From Polyangiaceae bacterium (GTDB lineage Bacteria; Myxococcota_A; Polyangia; Polyangiales; Polyangiaceae), in assembly GCA_044376115.1 (NCBI GenBank), contig JBILLK010000003.1, forward strand, positions 64,001 through 128,000: a stretch of DNA of 64,000 nt, written 5' to 3'. Of the stretch, positions 1 through 11,589 are shown one piece after another (within the stretch, counting starts at the first letter, position 1; each line of letters opens with the position of its first letter). The notes beneath the pieces are model-generated. The model did no database searches, was not told where the DNA came from, and saw nothing but the letters and a program-made list of their open reading frames with translations. A program made the position numbers and the translations under genes.

Positions 1-1
1 T

Positions 2-502
2 ACGCAAGGCATCCCGCCCATCAAGCGCGAGCCGATTGAGCCGCTGGAGCTCGTCAATCACTGCGCTGCCCGCTTCAAGCGAAGTCTTACCGAGCGGGCG
101 CTTGAGCTTCATGTCCAAGCGGAGTTACCGACCATCCTCGGTGATCGTGGCTTGTTGCGACGAGCGATCGAGAACTTGCTCGAGAACGCCAACAAGTATT
201 CGGAACCACGTACGCGGATCTCTCTGTCAGTGCGAGTGCAGGAAGGCTGGGTCGTGATTGAGGTTGCCGATGAAGGCGTGGGCATCGGTCCCGAAGATCT
301 GAAGCATGTGTTCCGACCGTTCTTCCGCGTCGACCGCAGCCGCACCAAAGCCACGGGTGGACACGGTTTAGGGCTCGCGCTCGTGAAGCGCATCGTCGAG
401 AGTCACGGCGGCTCGATTGAACTGACGAGCGAACTAGGAAAGGGAACTCAAGCTCAGCTCAAGTTCCCTTCGACTGCGGCCAATGTGACTTCCGCGAGCT
501 AG
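2..502 (+). CDS. Sensor histidine kinase, C-terminal HATPase_c domain (5'-truncated by window edge)
   Basis: N box (ENLLENANKY), D box (DEGVGI), F box (VFRPFFR), G2 box (GHGLGLAL); frame is open from the window start. Confidence 0.92.
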   Translation, partial: TQGIPPIKREPIEPLELVNHCAARFKRSLTERALELHVQAELPTILGDRGLLRRAIENLLENANKYSEPRTRISLSVRVQEGWVVIEVADEGVGIGPEDLKHVFRPFFRVDRSRTKATGGHGLGLALVKRIVESHGGSIELTSELGKGTQAQLKFPSTAANVTSAS

Positions 503-2025
503 CTGTTCTCGGCCAGCTTCCGTTCGAGAGCCTCGATGTGAGCACGAACCTGCGGGTCGATCTCGCGTTGTGCCTCGATCTTCCGCACGGCGCTCATGAC
601 CGTTGTGTGATCGCGGCCGCCGAACGCACGGCCGAGCTCAGGGAAGCTGCACTTGAGGCGCTGCTTGCAGAGGTACATCGCCACGTGCCGCGCGAAGGCC
701 ACCGTCTTGTGGCGATCCTTCGAGGTGAGGTCAGTCGAGCGGATGTGGAAGTGATGGCACACGAGGCGCTGCACGTCGTCCACGCTCATCAGCTGCGGAC
801 GTGTGTTGGTGGTCGCCGACAGCTCAGCCTTGGCGAACGCGAGGTCCACGCGGCGGCTGGTGAGCGAACTCTTGGCGGCTAGCCGAATCAGCACGCCTTC
901 GAGTTCGCGCACGTTCGACCGAACAACCTGGGCGAGATAGAGCGCAACATCGTCGTCGAGGTCGATGCCTTCAAGGCCTGCTTTGTGACGAACGATGGCC
1001 ACGCGGGTCTCGAGCTCGGGCACCTGAATGTCCGCCACGAGTCCCCAGGAGAAGCGCGAGACAAGGCGCTCTTCCATGCGCTCCAAGTTTTGGGGGTACT
1101 TGTCGCTGGTGACCACGATCTGCCGGTCTTGGCCGTGAAGAGCGTTGAAGGTGTGGAAGAACTCTTCCTGCGTTTGCTCTCGGCCCGCCAAGAACTGAAT
1201 GTCATCCACGAGCAGCAAGTCGCACTGCGAACGGTACCGCGCGCGAAATTCATCCATCCGCTGGTGCTGGATGGCGTGGATGAACTCGTTGGTGAAACGC
1301 TCGGCCGAGACGTAGACGACGCGCGCGTTGGGGCGCTCGGACAACATGCGATGCGCGATCGCGTGTACGAGGTGGGTCTTCCCGAGGCCGGTGCCACCGC
1401 AGATAAACAGCGGATTGTAGCGTCGGCCACCGCCGCCGGCGGCTGCCACAGCGGCGGCGTGGGCGAGCTGGTTCGACGGGCCAACCACGAAGCTCGAGAA
1501 CGTTTGCTTGGGGTTGAGATCGGAGAGCGCGACCGAGTGAGAGGACGCCGCTAGCGGTGCAGCCCGCGGCGCCGGCCTCACCGACGGCGGAGGTTGCTGC
1601 GACATACGCATCGGGAGGTTGGATTCACGCGTGCGCTGGAAGTCCACCGAGGCAGAAGCTGGCTCCACCGCGATCGGGGCTTGGTCGTGCGCCGACTCCT
1701 CACGAGCAGCGCGCTGAGCTTCTGCTGCGCGGTCCGACTCTCGTTCGCTGATGGGATGAGCCAGCTGCGGGTCCAAAATCCACGCTAGTTGGATCGACTT
1801 TCCGGTGAGCGCCCTCAGCCGCTGAACAAGTGTCGGGAGGAAGTTGGTCTCCACCCATTCTTGAACAAACTCATTGGTCGCTCGAAGCGAGAGGACGCCG
1901 TCGGTTAGGTCGTCGAACTGAACGCATGCGAACCAAGTATTGAAGGTGGCCGGAGACAAGCTCCGGGTGAACTCAACTGCGTCAAAGAACGCCTGATGTG
2001 AGTCAGCCTTGGAAGTCATTGACAC
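499..2025 (-). CDS. dnaA: Chromosomal replication initiator DnaA
   Basis: YNPLFICGGTGLGKTHL Walker A, LLVDDIQF Walker B, QEEFFHTFN, domain IV GGRDHTTVM. Confidence 0.98.
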   Translation of the reverse strand: MSMTSKADSHQAFFDAVEFTRSLSPATFNTWFACVQFDDLTDGVLSLRATNEFVQEWVETNFLPTLVQRLRALTGKSIQLAWILDPQLAHPISERESDRAAEAQRAAREESAHDQAPIAVEPASASVDFQRTRESNLPMRMSQQPPPSVRPAPRAAPLAASSHSVALSDLNPKQTFSSFVVGPSNQLAHAAAVAAAGGGGRRYNPLFICGGTGLGKTHLVHAIAHRMLSERPNARVVYVSAERFTNEFIHAIQHQRMDEFRARYRSQCDLLLVDDIQFLAGREQTQEEFFHTFNALHGQDRQIVVTSDKYPQNLERMEERLVSRFSWGLVADIQVPELETRVAIVRHKAGLEGIDLDDDVALYLAQVVRSNVRELEGVLIRLAAKSSLTSRRVDLAFAKAELSATTNTRPQLMSVDDVQRLVCHHFHIRSTDLTSKDRHKTVAFARHVAMYLCKQRLKCSFPELGRAFGGRDHTTVMSAVRKIEAQREIDPQVRAHIEALERKLAENS

Positions 2026-2039
2026 TCACCACACGAGCA

Positions 2040-2620
2040 GTAGAAGCAAATTGAGATCTCCACAGGGCGTACAGCTCCAACGGCCAGGTCACAAACCCCT
2101 GAAATTATGTACGTCTTTGTCATGATGAGGCGGATCGCGTCACGTTGGTTCACAAGTTTTCCACAGGGAAAGACCGACCACCGACCGAGTTTGGGTTAAA
2201 CATGGCCGCCCTCCGCGGTTTCTTGCGAACGGCGCGGAGTTCCTCCCAGATCTACTTCTGCTGACACAAGCGGCCCGAGACCTCACGAAAGTGAGGCCCA
2301 AAAGCGGGGCGAGAATGCTGGGACCGACCCGCGAGGCGAACCGGAATAGGGAGGTACCACCGAGTTCGGTGGGGCGACAAGCCGATCTTTCGGCAAGAGC
2401 GTAAGTGGTTGTTATGGTTCAAAAAACGCTCAGGTGGCTCAAAATCCCCCTGGCGCGTCGCGTCGTCCCGTGAGTGGGACCTACTCCGCACCGCGATCCT
2501 ATTGAAATAAGCCATAGAAATTAAGCTGTTGAAGCCCGCGACGTGGGCTCTGTTCGCATTTCGCTTCCGCAGCGCCGTCAAGGAGAAAAATGTAAGTAAT
2601 AACGTCGCTTTAGATCCATG
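2040..2620. promoter_or_regulatory. dnaA upstream region / candidate oriC with DnaA boxes and IHF-like sites
   Basis: TTTTCCACA at 2157-2165 (matches TTWTNCACA); degenerate boxes TGGTTCACA 2146-2154 and ATCTCCACA 2056-2064; IHF-like TAAGTGGTTGTTA 2402-2414 and TAAGCTGTTGAAG 2522-2534; AT-rich patches at ~2500-2530 and ~2581-2612. Confidence 0.55.
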
Positions 2621-2773
2621 CTTGACGCTGGCGTCCGACTGGTGGGTCCATCGAGCAACGCGTAGCCGGTTCAAAACGGGCGTTCGTGACAAGGGTGTGT
2701 CCGGCGCGTGGAGGGACTTCAGCAGGTCCAACTAATTTGGCCCAAGTCGTGGTCGGACGGTACGGGCCCAGGC

Positions 2774-3856
2774 ATGCACTCGACTTTCCGCATCCCAGCC
2801 TCGCGACCCGGCAGCCAGCGGTGCCTGTGGTCCCTTCTTTGGCTGGCGGGAACCGGGGTGTGCTTCGGCGCCTCGCTGAGCCTCGAGGCGCAAGAGACGG
2901 ACAAGAGCCCGATATCGACCGCCGACGTGCCGCTGCCGTTCGCCTACAACTATGGCGAGACCGACACGACTCGCTCGGGTGGTATGTCCGGGGCACTACG
3001 GGCTGCAGGCAACGGAACAACGGCCATCTTCGTCAATCCCGCCGGTATGACGCTCACCCGCGTGTATCACATCGAGGCCATCGGCCAGATCACGCCAGAG
3101 TTTGGACGCCACGTTTACGGCGGCATGGTGGTTGACTCGATCACCAACAAGCTCGCGGGCGGAGTCGCGGTGACCGGCGGCTTCCTCGACGCCTTCTCCG
3201 ATGAAGCCACAGCGGTGGACCGCTCGTGGCTCGACATCCGCCTTGCTCTTGCTTACCCCATTGTCGAAGGGCTCAGCGTTGGCCTCGGGGGCCGGTACCT
3301 CAAGCTGACCGAGAACGGCGAAGGTCCGCTCGGTACGAGCAAGGTATCTGGTGGACTCAAAGATCCGGAAGGCGGCGGGCGGCTATCGATGGTCAACCTT
3401 CCGACCTTCGACGCTGGATTGACCTTCAAGGCAGGCGACCTCGTGGTGCTCGGGGTCTCTGGACAGAACCTCACCTTCCCCGATGATGGCGTTCTGCCGA
3501 CCACCGTTGGCGGTGGCATCGCGGTGGCTCACACCGACTTTACGATCGAGGCTGACGGCGTTGCTGACCTCTCCTCTTACGCATCTCCCGCCGCTCGCAT
3601 CATGGCCGGTGGAGAATACCTGCTCGTTGATCACATCCCGATCCGCGCCGGGTATCGCTTTGATTCGGGAGCTGAGTCGCATCAGATTTCGGCCGGTCTC
3701 GGTTACATCGCCTCTGAGTTCATGGTCGAGGCGAGTGTGCGGCGCACGCTCGTTGGTCCCGACGCTACCGAGATCATCTTCGGCGCTGGCTACTTCCTCG
3801 AGTCGAGCGGGCTTACCGGGCGAGGCGACGAAACCAGCTCGAGCTCGAGCTTCTGA
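2774..3856 (+). CDS. Putative outer-membrane beta-barrel protein (FadL/PorV-like)
   Basis: Signal-like N-terminus; GMSGA..A...TAIFVNPAGM plug-like motif; amphipathic strands (GGEY..IRAGY). Start is uncertain (2708 or 2774). Confidence 0.65.
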   Translation: MHSTFRIPASRPGSQRCLWSLLWLAGTGVCFGASLSLEAQETDKSPISTADVPLPFAYNYGETDTTRSGGMSGALRAAGNGTTAIFVNPAGMTLTRVYHIEAIGQITPEFGRHVYGGMVVDSITNKLAGGVAVTGGFLDAFSDEATAVDRSWLDIRLALAYPIVEGLSVGLGGRYLKLTENGEGPLGTSKVSGGLKDPEGGGRLSMVNLPTFDAGLTFKAGDLVVLGVSGQNLTFPDDGVLPTTVGGGIAVAHTDFTIEADGVADLSSYASPAARIMAGGEYLLVDHIPIRAGYRFDSGAESHQISAGLGYIASEFMVEASVRRTLVGPDATEIIFGAGYFLESSGLTGRGDETSSSSSF

Positions 3857-3897
3857 GGCTGCGTGCTTCGCGCGTCGGCGTGTGCGAGACTCGCGGC

Positions 3898-4500
3898 GTG
3901 CTTGGCCTGTTGTGTGAAACGGATCCTGGTTGGGCGGTAGCGGCTGCGAATGACGTGGGCCGTGTGCTCGTGGACCATGCGCACTGTGAGATGAAGGCCG
4001 CGAGCAACGCACTCGCCCTGTCCACGCGTTGTTGCGACTTTCCCAACGTGCTCGACGGCTTGGTCGCGCTCGCCGAAGAGGAGCTCACCCACTTTCGACA
4101 GGTGCTCGCAGAGCTGCGCCGACGAAACCTCGCACTCGGACCGCCCGAGGAAGATTGGTACGCGGCCGAGCTTCGTCGCCGGTCGTCGAAGGCGCGTGAG
4201 CGGCATGACAAAGCAGAGTTCGTGATCACGGATCGACTCGTGGTCGGAGCGTTGATCGAGGCGCGCTCGTGCGAGCGCTTCAAGTTGCTGCGCGATCATT
4301 TGAAGGAGCGTGACCCGGCGCTGGCTGCTTTCTACGGCGAGCTGCTCGCGAGTGAAGCGCGCCACTACCGCACCTTCCTCGACATGGCGCTCGAGGTCTC
4401 GGGAGATGCGGCTTACGTCGAGCAGCGTCATCAAGCGATTGCCCTGATCGAGGAGAGCGTCGTCAAGAGCCTCTCGGGCGCGCCAACGATTCACGGTTGA
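3898..4500 (+). CDS. miaE: tRNA-(ms2io6A37) hydroxylase MiaE (di-iron ferritin-like)
   Basis: DHAHCEMKAA, EELTHF, ALIEARSCERF, SEARHY and a C-terminal IHG motif. Confidence 0.92.
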   Translation: MLGLLCETDPGWAVAAANDVGRVLVDHAHCEMKAASNALALSTRCCDFPNVLDGLVALAEEELTHFRQVLAELRRRNLALGPPEEDWYAAELRRRSSKARERHDKAEFVITDRLVVGALIEARSCERFKLLRDHLKERDPALAAFYGELLASEARHYRTFLDMALEVSGDAAYVEQRHQAIALIEESVVKSLSGAPTIHG

Positions 4501-4511
4501 GGGAGGCTCTG

Positions 4512-5813
4512 ATGTTCGATTTGTTCGAGCTCGATCGGGACGTGCGCGAGTTGGCGATGGCCGAGCACCAAGCGCGGCGGGCGCCTATCGTCGTGGATGG
4601 CGGCTGGGACAATGCAGCCGTGTTTCCACGGCGCGTGAGTTCGCTGGAGACCGCGAAAAAGCTCGACCGTTTGGCTGTCGATCCTTTGGCGCGTGGTGTT
4701 CGTGATTGGGTGGCCATGTTCGCTGTCGAGCGGGTAACCAAGAGTGATCGCGAGGAAGTGCTAGCCGCGTTTGCTGCGACGTATCCTTCGCTGGCGGGTG
4801 AAGAGGGCTTCGCCAGCGCCCGGCTGGTCCGCGACGTTCTCGGCGGAGGCAAGACACGCGAACTGGCGCTGCGCGCGTTGCGCACCCGAAGTCGTGAGGT
4901 CGGCGACGCAAGTGCGCGTTGGATCGAACGCAGGCAAGAGGCGCTTCGGCGCGCGCGATTGGCCGTGCCCACCTTGCCCGACCGTCTGATCGAGTCCAGC
5001 CCGGAGCACCAGCTAGCCGAGCAGCTGCTCGACAACCTACGCACGTTGGGGCGGTCGCCGCGAACCTTCGTCGACGACGTTCGCGTCGCTCTTGCGCGCG
5101 ACGCTGGCGAGGGCTGGCCGGCCCATCTGACGCCGCGCGTCGTGGCTGAACTATTGGGTCCGCTGATGTTCGAGGGCGTTGCCGTCGGTCGTCCGCGCTT
5201 GCCACCTCCGATCGGTGCGTCCTCCTTCGCAACCGCGTTCGCGAATGTAGGCGAGGACCTAGCTTTGCGCGATTGGGACCGCGCCACGCCCTTCACACTG
5301 GCGCGTGCCCCAGCGGACCCGTTGCCGTATCGTCGGGCCGCTTTGTTCGGCCTGTTGGTGCTCGAGCCGGCCTTTCACCAGAAGCGGCTCGGAATGTCGC
5401 GACAAGCAGCGCGCGAGCAGGTGCAGAGGTTGGGGCACGCATTGGTGGCGTGGTTGGCGCAGTCCGCCTTCAAGCTGCTGCTGCTACCCTTGGCGACTAC
5501 CTCCGGCCGTGACGGCGCGTTCGAGGAGCTGAGCGAGCGCGTCTACGGTCGGCCGATGCCAGGGGCATTATTCACTACGCTGCCGCGCCTCGATCCAGAG
5601 GCTTCGGCACGCTTTACCGGCCTTCTGGTCGCAAGCACCGACCGAGCGATTCTGCGCGATCGTTTCGATGAAGACTGGTTCGACAACCCCAAGGCGGTGC
5701 TCGAGCTCCGTCATGAAAACCACCAAGCGACGTTGGTTCGCAACGAAAGGCGCGCTTCAGTCTCCGACGTCTCGGCCAGCCTTGCGCGGCTGCGCGAGAC
5801 GCTCGACGGTTGA
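4512..5813 (+). CDS. Hypothetical protein, remote M3-peptidase-like fold lacking HExxH
   Basis: Long ORF coupled to miaE; C-terminal LRDRFDEDWFDNPKA resembles M3-like proteins; no HExxH motif. Confidence 0.5.
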   Translation: MFDLFELDRDVRELAMAEHQARRAPIVVDGGWDNAAVFPRRVSSLETAKKLDRLAVDPLARGVRDWVAMFAVERVTKSDREEVLAAFAATYPSLAGEEGFASARLVRDVLGGGKTRELALRALRTRSREVGDASARWIERRQEALRRARLAVPTLPDRLIESSPEHQLAEQLLDNLRTLGRSPRTFVDDVRVALARDAGEGWPAHLTPRVVAELLGPLMFEGVAVGRPRLPPPIGASSFATAFANVGEDLALRDWDRATPFTLARAPADPLPYRRAALFGLLVLEPAFHQKRLGMSRQAAREQVQRLGHALVAWLAQSAFKLLLLPLATTSGRDGAFEELSERVYGRPMPGALFTTLPRLDPEASARFTGLLVASTDRAILRDRFDEDWFDNPKAVLELRHENHQATLVRNERRASVSDVSASLARLRETLDG

Positions 5814-5840
5814 CGTTGTTCCTGTGTACGCTCGGACTGC

Positions 5841-6131
5841 GTGAACCGTTACGGGATCCCCATCCAAGACTTGCCGGCCCACTGCTTGGACGCCGCTGAT
5901 GCGGCCGAGCGAGCCCTGGCGCGCACACTCATCGTGCGTGATGGCCACGCGATCGCGGCGATCGTGCCGATGACCGACTTGGACCGCGTGGATCCCCCTG
6001 ATCCGGCAGCCAACGGTACCGATCCTCTCCTCGCGCTCGCGGGGATGTGTCGGCACGACGCCTTCGTTGATCTGTTCTCGACCGAACTCGACAAGACCTC
6101 ACTCTGGCACCGTGGCCCGCGGTTCCCCTGA
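5841..6131 (+). CDS. Putative Phd/YefM-like antitoxin
   Basis: LIVRDGHAIAAIVPM resembles the Phd ITRxGxPxAVLV motif; TGATG overlap with the downstream PIN gene. Confidence 0.65.
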   Translation: MNRYGIPIQDLPAHCLDAADAAERALARTLIVRDGHAIAAIVPMTDLDRVDPPDPAANGTDPLLALAGMCRHDAFVDLFSTELDKTSLWHRGPRFP

Positions 6132-6523
6132 TGGCCTACCTTCTCGATACGCCCACGGTTGCGGAGGTTTTGCGTACCGTACCCTCCCGCACGCTGATTC
6201 GCCGGCTCTCGGAGGTGCCCTCTCGGGACCGATGGACCAGCGTCGTCACCGTCAGCCAGCTATTGGTCGCAGCTCGCCGCTCGAATCAGGCCAGGGTGAT
6301 GCAGGACGTGGTGCAGGTCGTGGCGGCGTTGCGAGTTGCTCCGTTTGATCTGGCGGCTGCTCAGGTGTTCGCCAAGTTCCGCGCGGGCCCGGCCGCTGAG
6401 ATGGAGGCCGATGACGTGATGATCGCTGCAGTCGCCTTGGCGTCCAAGTTCACGCTCGTCACCCGAAGAACCACGACGTTTGCGATCTTCACGGGGCTGC
6501 GCCTCGAAAACTGGTTTGTGTAG
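6131..6523 (+). CDS. PIN-domain (VapC-like) protein with degenerate active site
   Basis: YLLDT..., S.VT..., VAPFD, DVMIAAVA, TLVT, LRLENW pattern; 130 aa. Confidence 0.82.
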   Translation: MAYLLDTPTVAEVLRTVPSRTLIRRLSEVPSRDRWTSVVTVSQLLVAARRSNQARVMQDVVQVVAALRVAPFDLAAAQVFAKFRAGPAAEMEADDVMIAAVALASKFTLVTRRTTTFAIFTGLRLENWFV

Positions 6524-6664
6524 CCTCTGAGTGGTCGAGATTCGCGAGCGGTTTGAGCGATTTTCAGGCTGGCGAAGCGAGCCCGATTCGAAGGTGTTCC
6601 TGTCGTGCGAAAGGCGTGCTACGCCGCGCACGCTCGCAGCCCGGGCCCCTTTCCCCCTAATCCA

Positions 6665-7144
6665 GTGGCGAACCTACAATCCCTTCAATTGGTTCTTTCA
6701 GGCGCCGACGTAAACGTCGACTTCGACCTCTCGGTCGTTGCTCAAATCGCCCTGTTCGGCCTCTTTATTGTGGTTTTGAAGCCGGTCCTATTCGACCCGC
6801 TATTGAAGCTATTTGAAGAGCGCGAGAAGCTAACGGACGGGTCGCTGTCGACGGCTCGCGATCTCGACGCCAAGGCGAACGAGCTCCTCAAGCGTTTCGA
6901 CTCCGAGATCGAGAGCGTGAGGCACGAGGCCGCGGCTGAACGTGATCGCCTGCGTGCGGAGACGGCCAAGCTCGAGGCGAAGATGCTCGAGGACGCCAAG
7001 GCCGATGCCGCGCGCATCTTGGCCGAAGGTCGGGCTCGCATTGAGAAAGAGGTCGCGACGTTACGCGCCGAGCTCGAGGCTTCGCGCCCGGCCTTGGCAG
7101 AGCAGATCGCTTCCAAGATGATTGGACGGGAGGTGCGCTCGTGA
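6665..7144 (+). CDS. atpF: F1Fo ATP synthase subunit b'
   Basis: TM helix followed by LFDPLLKLFEERE and an Ala/Glu-rich coiled coil; first gene of the atp cluster; start is uncertain. Confidence 0.88.
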   Translation: MANLQSLQLVLSGADVNVDFDLSVVAQIALFGLFIVVLKPVLFDPLLKLFEEREKLTDGSLSTARDLDAKANELLKRFDSEIESVRHEAAAERDRLRAETAKLEAKMLEDAKADAARILAEGRARIEKEVATLRAELEASRPALAEQIASKMIGREVRS

Positions 7145-8267
7145 GCAAGAGGTTCTTCGCGCTCACCAGCGCGCTAGCGCTGAGTTTCGTCGCGGTTGAT
7201 GCCGGCTCCCAGCCGATGGCGCCGCCGCCAGCCGGGCAACCTGGTCCGGCGGCTCAGCCCGGCGGCCCCGGTGGGCAACCGGCGGCTCAGCCCGGCGGCC
7301 CCGGTGGGCAACCTGGGCGGGTGGCACAGCCCGGCCAGCCCGGTGCACAACCCGGCCAGCCCGGTGCACAACCCGGCCAGCCCGGTGCACAACCCGGCCA
7401 GCCCGGTGCACAACCCGGCCAGCCCGGTGCACAACCCGGCGAACCCGGTCGCATGCCGCAGCCCCCGGGACGGCAGCCTCCTAGCCGCCCGCGCGCCCCG
7501 GCCGCAGCGCCTCAGCTCCCTCCCGGCCACGTACCGATCACGCCACAAGGAGCTGCGAAGCCTGCCGCTGCGGAGGAGCACCACGGTGGTGGTGAGCACC
7601 ACTGTGCAGGCCACGGCCCGGAAGATCCGCCGCCACACATCAACTACTACCAGGGTCTTTTCGGCGTAAACAACGAGAAGTCCCAGAGCCCCAGCTTCGT
7701 GGACCGGCTCTTGTGGCGCTATCACAACCCCGTTGACGAGTGCGATCCCAAGAACCAAGAGCCCCCGCTCCTCGGCTCGCTGATCAACTTCCTCGTCGTG
7801 GTGATGGTGCTCGTGCGTTTCGGCAAGAAGCCCGTGATGGAAGGGCTGGCCGCACGCAAGAAGACGATCATGCAGAACATCGATCAAGCGACGGCACTGC
7901 GTAAGGACGCAGAGAAGCGCTTGGCCGACTACAAGAAGAAGCTCGCTCGGATCGAGGAGCGACGCGCGGAGTTGCACCAAGAGTCACGCGCAGCGTGGGA
8001 GACCGAGAAGGCTCGTATCTTGGCGGAAGCAACCGAGAAGGCATCTCGTTTGCGCAAAGACGCTGAGTTCCGCGTGTCTCAGGAGCTCAAGCAGGCCGAA
8101 TCGGACCTCATGGCGCAGGCTGTGGACGGCGCCGTCCTCGCCGCTGAGCAGCTGATCAAGAGTCGTATTGAGGATCGAGACCAACAACGCCTTGCTGACG
8201 AATTCGCCTCTTCGCTTGGGCGAGTTCTTTCGGCAAAAGGCGCGCAAGCCAATCCGGGAGGTGCTTC

Positions 8268-8271
<4 letters not shown>
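7141..8271 (+). CDS. atpF: F1Fo ATP synthase subunit b with ~205-aa N-terminal extension
   Basis: LINFLVVVMVLVRFGKKPVMEGLAARKKTI plus coiled coil at the C-terminus; preceded by a signal-like peptide, PQG repeats and a His/Cys segment. Confidence 0.88.
7246..7311 (+). repeat. 33-bp tandem repeat x2 (PAAQPGGPGGQ)
   Basis: ccggcggctcagcccggcggccccggtgggcaa repeated exactly twice. Confidence 0.92.
7330..7440 (+). repeat. 21-bp perfect tandem repeat x5 plus partial (PGQPGAQ), VNTR-like
   Basis: cccggccagcccggtgcacaa x5, then cccggc. Confidence 0.96.
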
Positions 8272-10614
<2,343 letters not shown>

Positions 10615-10617
10615 CTC

Positions 10618-11520
10618 GTGGCCTCGCTCAAAGCCATCCGCAAGAGTATCTCCAGCGTCAAGTCGACGCAGAAGATCACCCGCGCCATGAAGATGGTTGC
10701 TGGTGCGCGACTCAATCGCGCCCAGCAACGCATCACCGAGCTTCGGCCCTACGCGCTCCGCACCCAAGAAGTGCTGAGCGAGATCGTCTCGCGCACCCGC
10801 GAGATGGCAGACAACGAGGAGAGCCCGGCAGCCGCTGCGGACCTTCTCCACCCGCTCTTGGCACGTCGTGAAGAAAAGCGCGTGCTCATGTTGGTGCTGA
10901 CGAGCGACCGCGGTCTTTGCGGTGCCTTCAACGCCAACATCAACAAGACCGCCGAGCGCGAGTACAAGAGCCGCACCGAGAAGGGGCAAGAGGTCAAAGT
11001 CATCGTCGTCGGCCGCAAGGGGCGAGACTACCTCCAGCGCCGAGACGTGCCCCTCGAGTACATCCCGAACGTTTGGGACAAGCTCACCTTCAACACCGCC
11101 AAGGACCTTGGCAAGAAGGTGCTGCAACCGTTCCTGACCGACAAGGTGGACGCCGTCTACGTGGTCTACAACGAGTTCAAGAGCGCCATGACCCAGAAGG
11201 TCGTGGCAGAACAGCTCGTTCCAGTGCCGCCGACGGAAGACACCGATGGCGTCAACGCTGGAGAGTTCATCTTCGAGCCGAGCCGCCCAGTGTTGCTCGA
11301 CCATCTTGCGCCGCTCTACATCGACGTATCGATCATGCGGGCGCTTTACGAGTCTCAGGCCAGCGAGCTTGGTGCGCGTATGACAGCGATGGATTCAGCG
11401 ACCAAGAACGCTACCGAGATGATCGACAAGCTCACGCTCCAGTACAACAAGGCGCGCCAAGCAGCGATCACCAAGGAGCTCATGGAGATCATCGGCGGTA
11501 GCGAGGCGATCAAAGACTGA
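10618..11520 (+). CDS. atpG: ATP synthase F1 subunit gamma
   Basis: KITRAMKMVA, SDRGLCGAFN, ARQAAITKELMEIIGG. Confidence 0.99.
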   Translation: MASLKAIRKSISSVKSTQKITRAMKMVAGARLNRAQQRITELRPYALRTQEVLSEIVSRTREMADNEESPAAAADLLHPLLARREEKRVLMLVLTSDRGLCGAFNANINKTAEREYKSRTEKGQEVKVIVVGRKGRDYLQRRDVPLEYIPNVWDKLTFNTAKDLGKKVLQPFLTDKVDAVYVVYNEFKSAMTQKVVAEQLVPVPPTEDTDGVNAGEFIFEPSRPVLLDHLAPLYIDVSIMRALYESQASELGARMTAMDSATKNATEMIDKLTLQYNKARQAAITKELMEIIGGSEAIKD

Positions 11521-11589
11521 TCGGCTTTCCTCCTCTCATCGGAGCCACCGCATGGTTGGCTCCGCGCCGCCACCACCGAGCCTCGCAAC

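Noticed and set aside
2050..2620. GATC clustering (about six sites) as Dam/SeqA-type origin control
   Set aside because: GATC is frequent throughout this window, so enrichment cannot be claimed without counting
2252..3135. Short ORFs in the dnaA-OMP spacer
   Set aside because: No motifs, atypical composition and mutual overlaps; better explained as regulatory DNA or shadow ORFs
7330..7440. Repeat array as a possible CRISPR
   Set aside because: Contiguous identical units with no spacers, in frame within a CDS, and no cas genes
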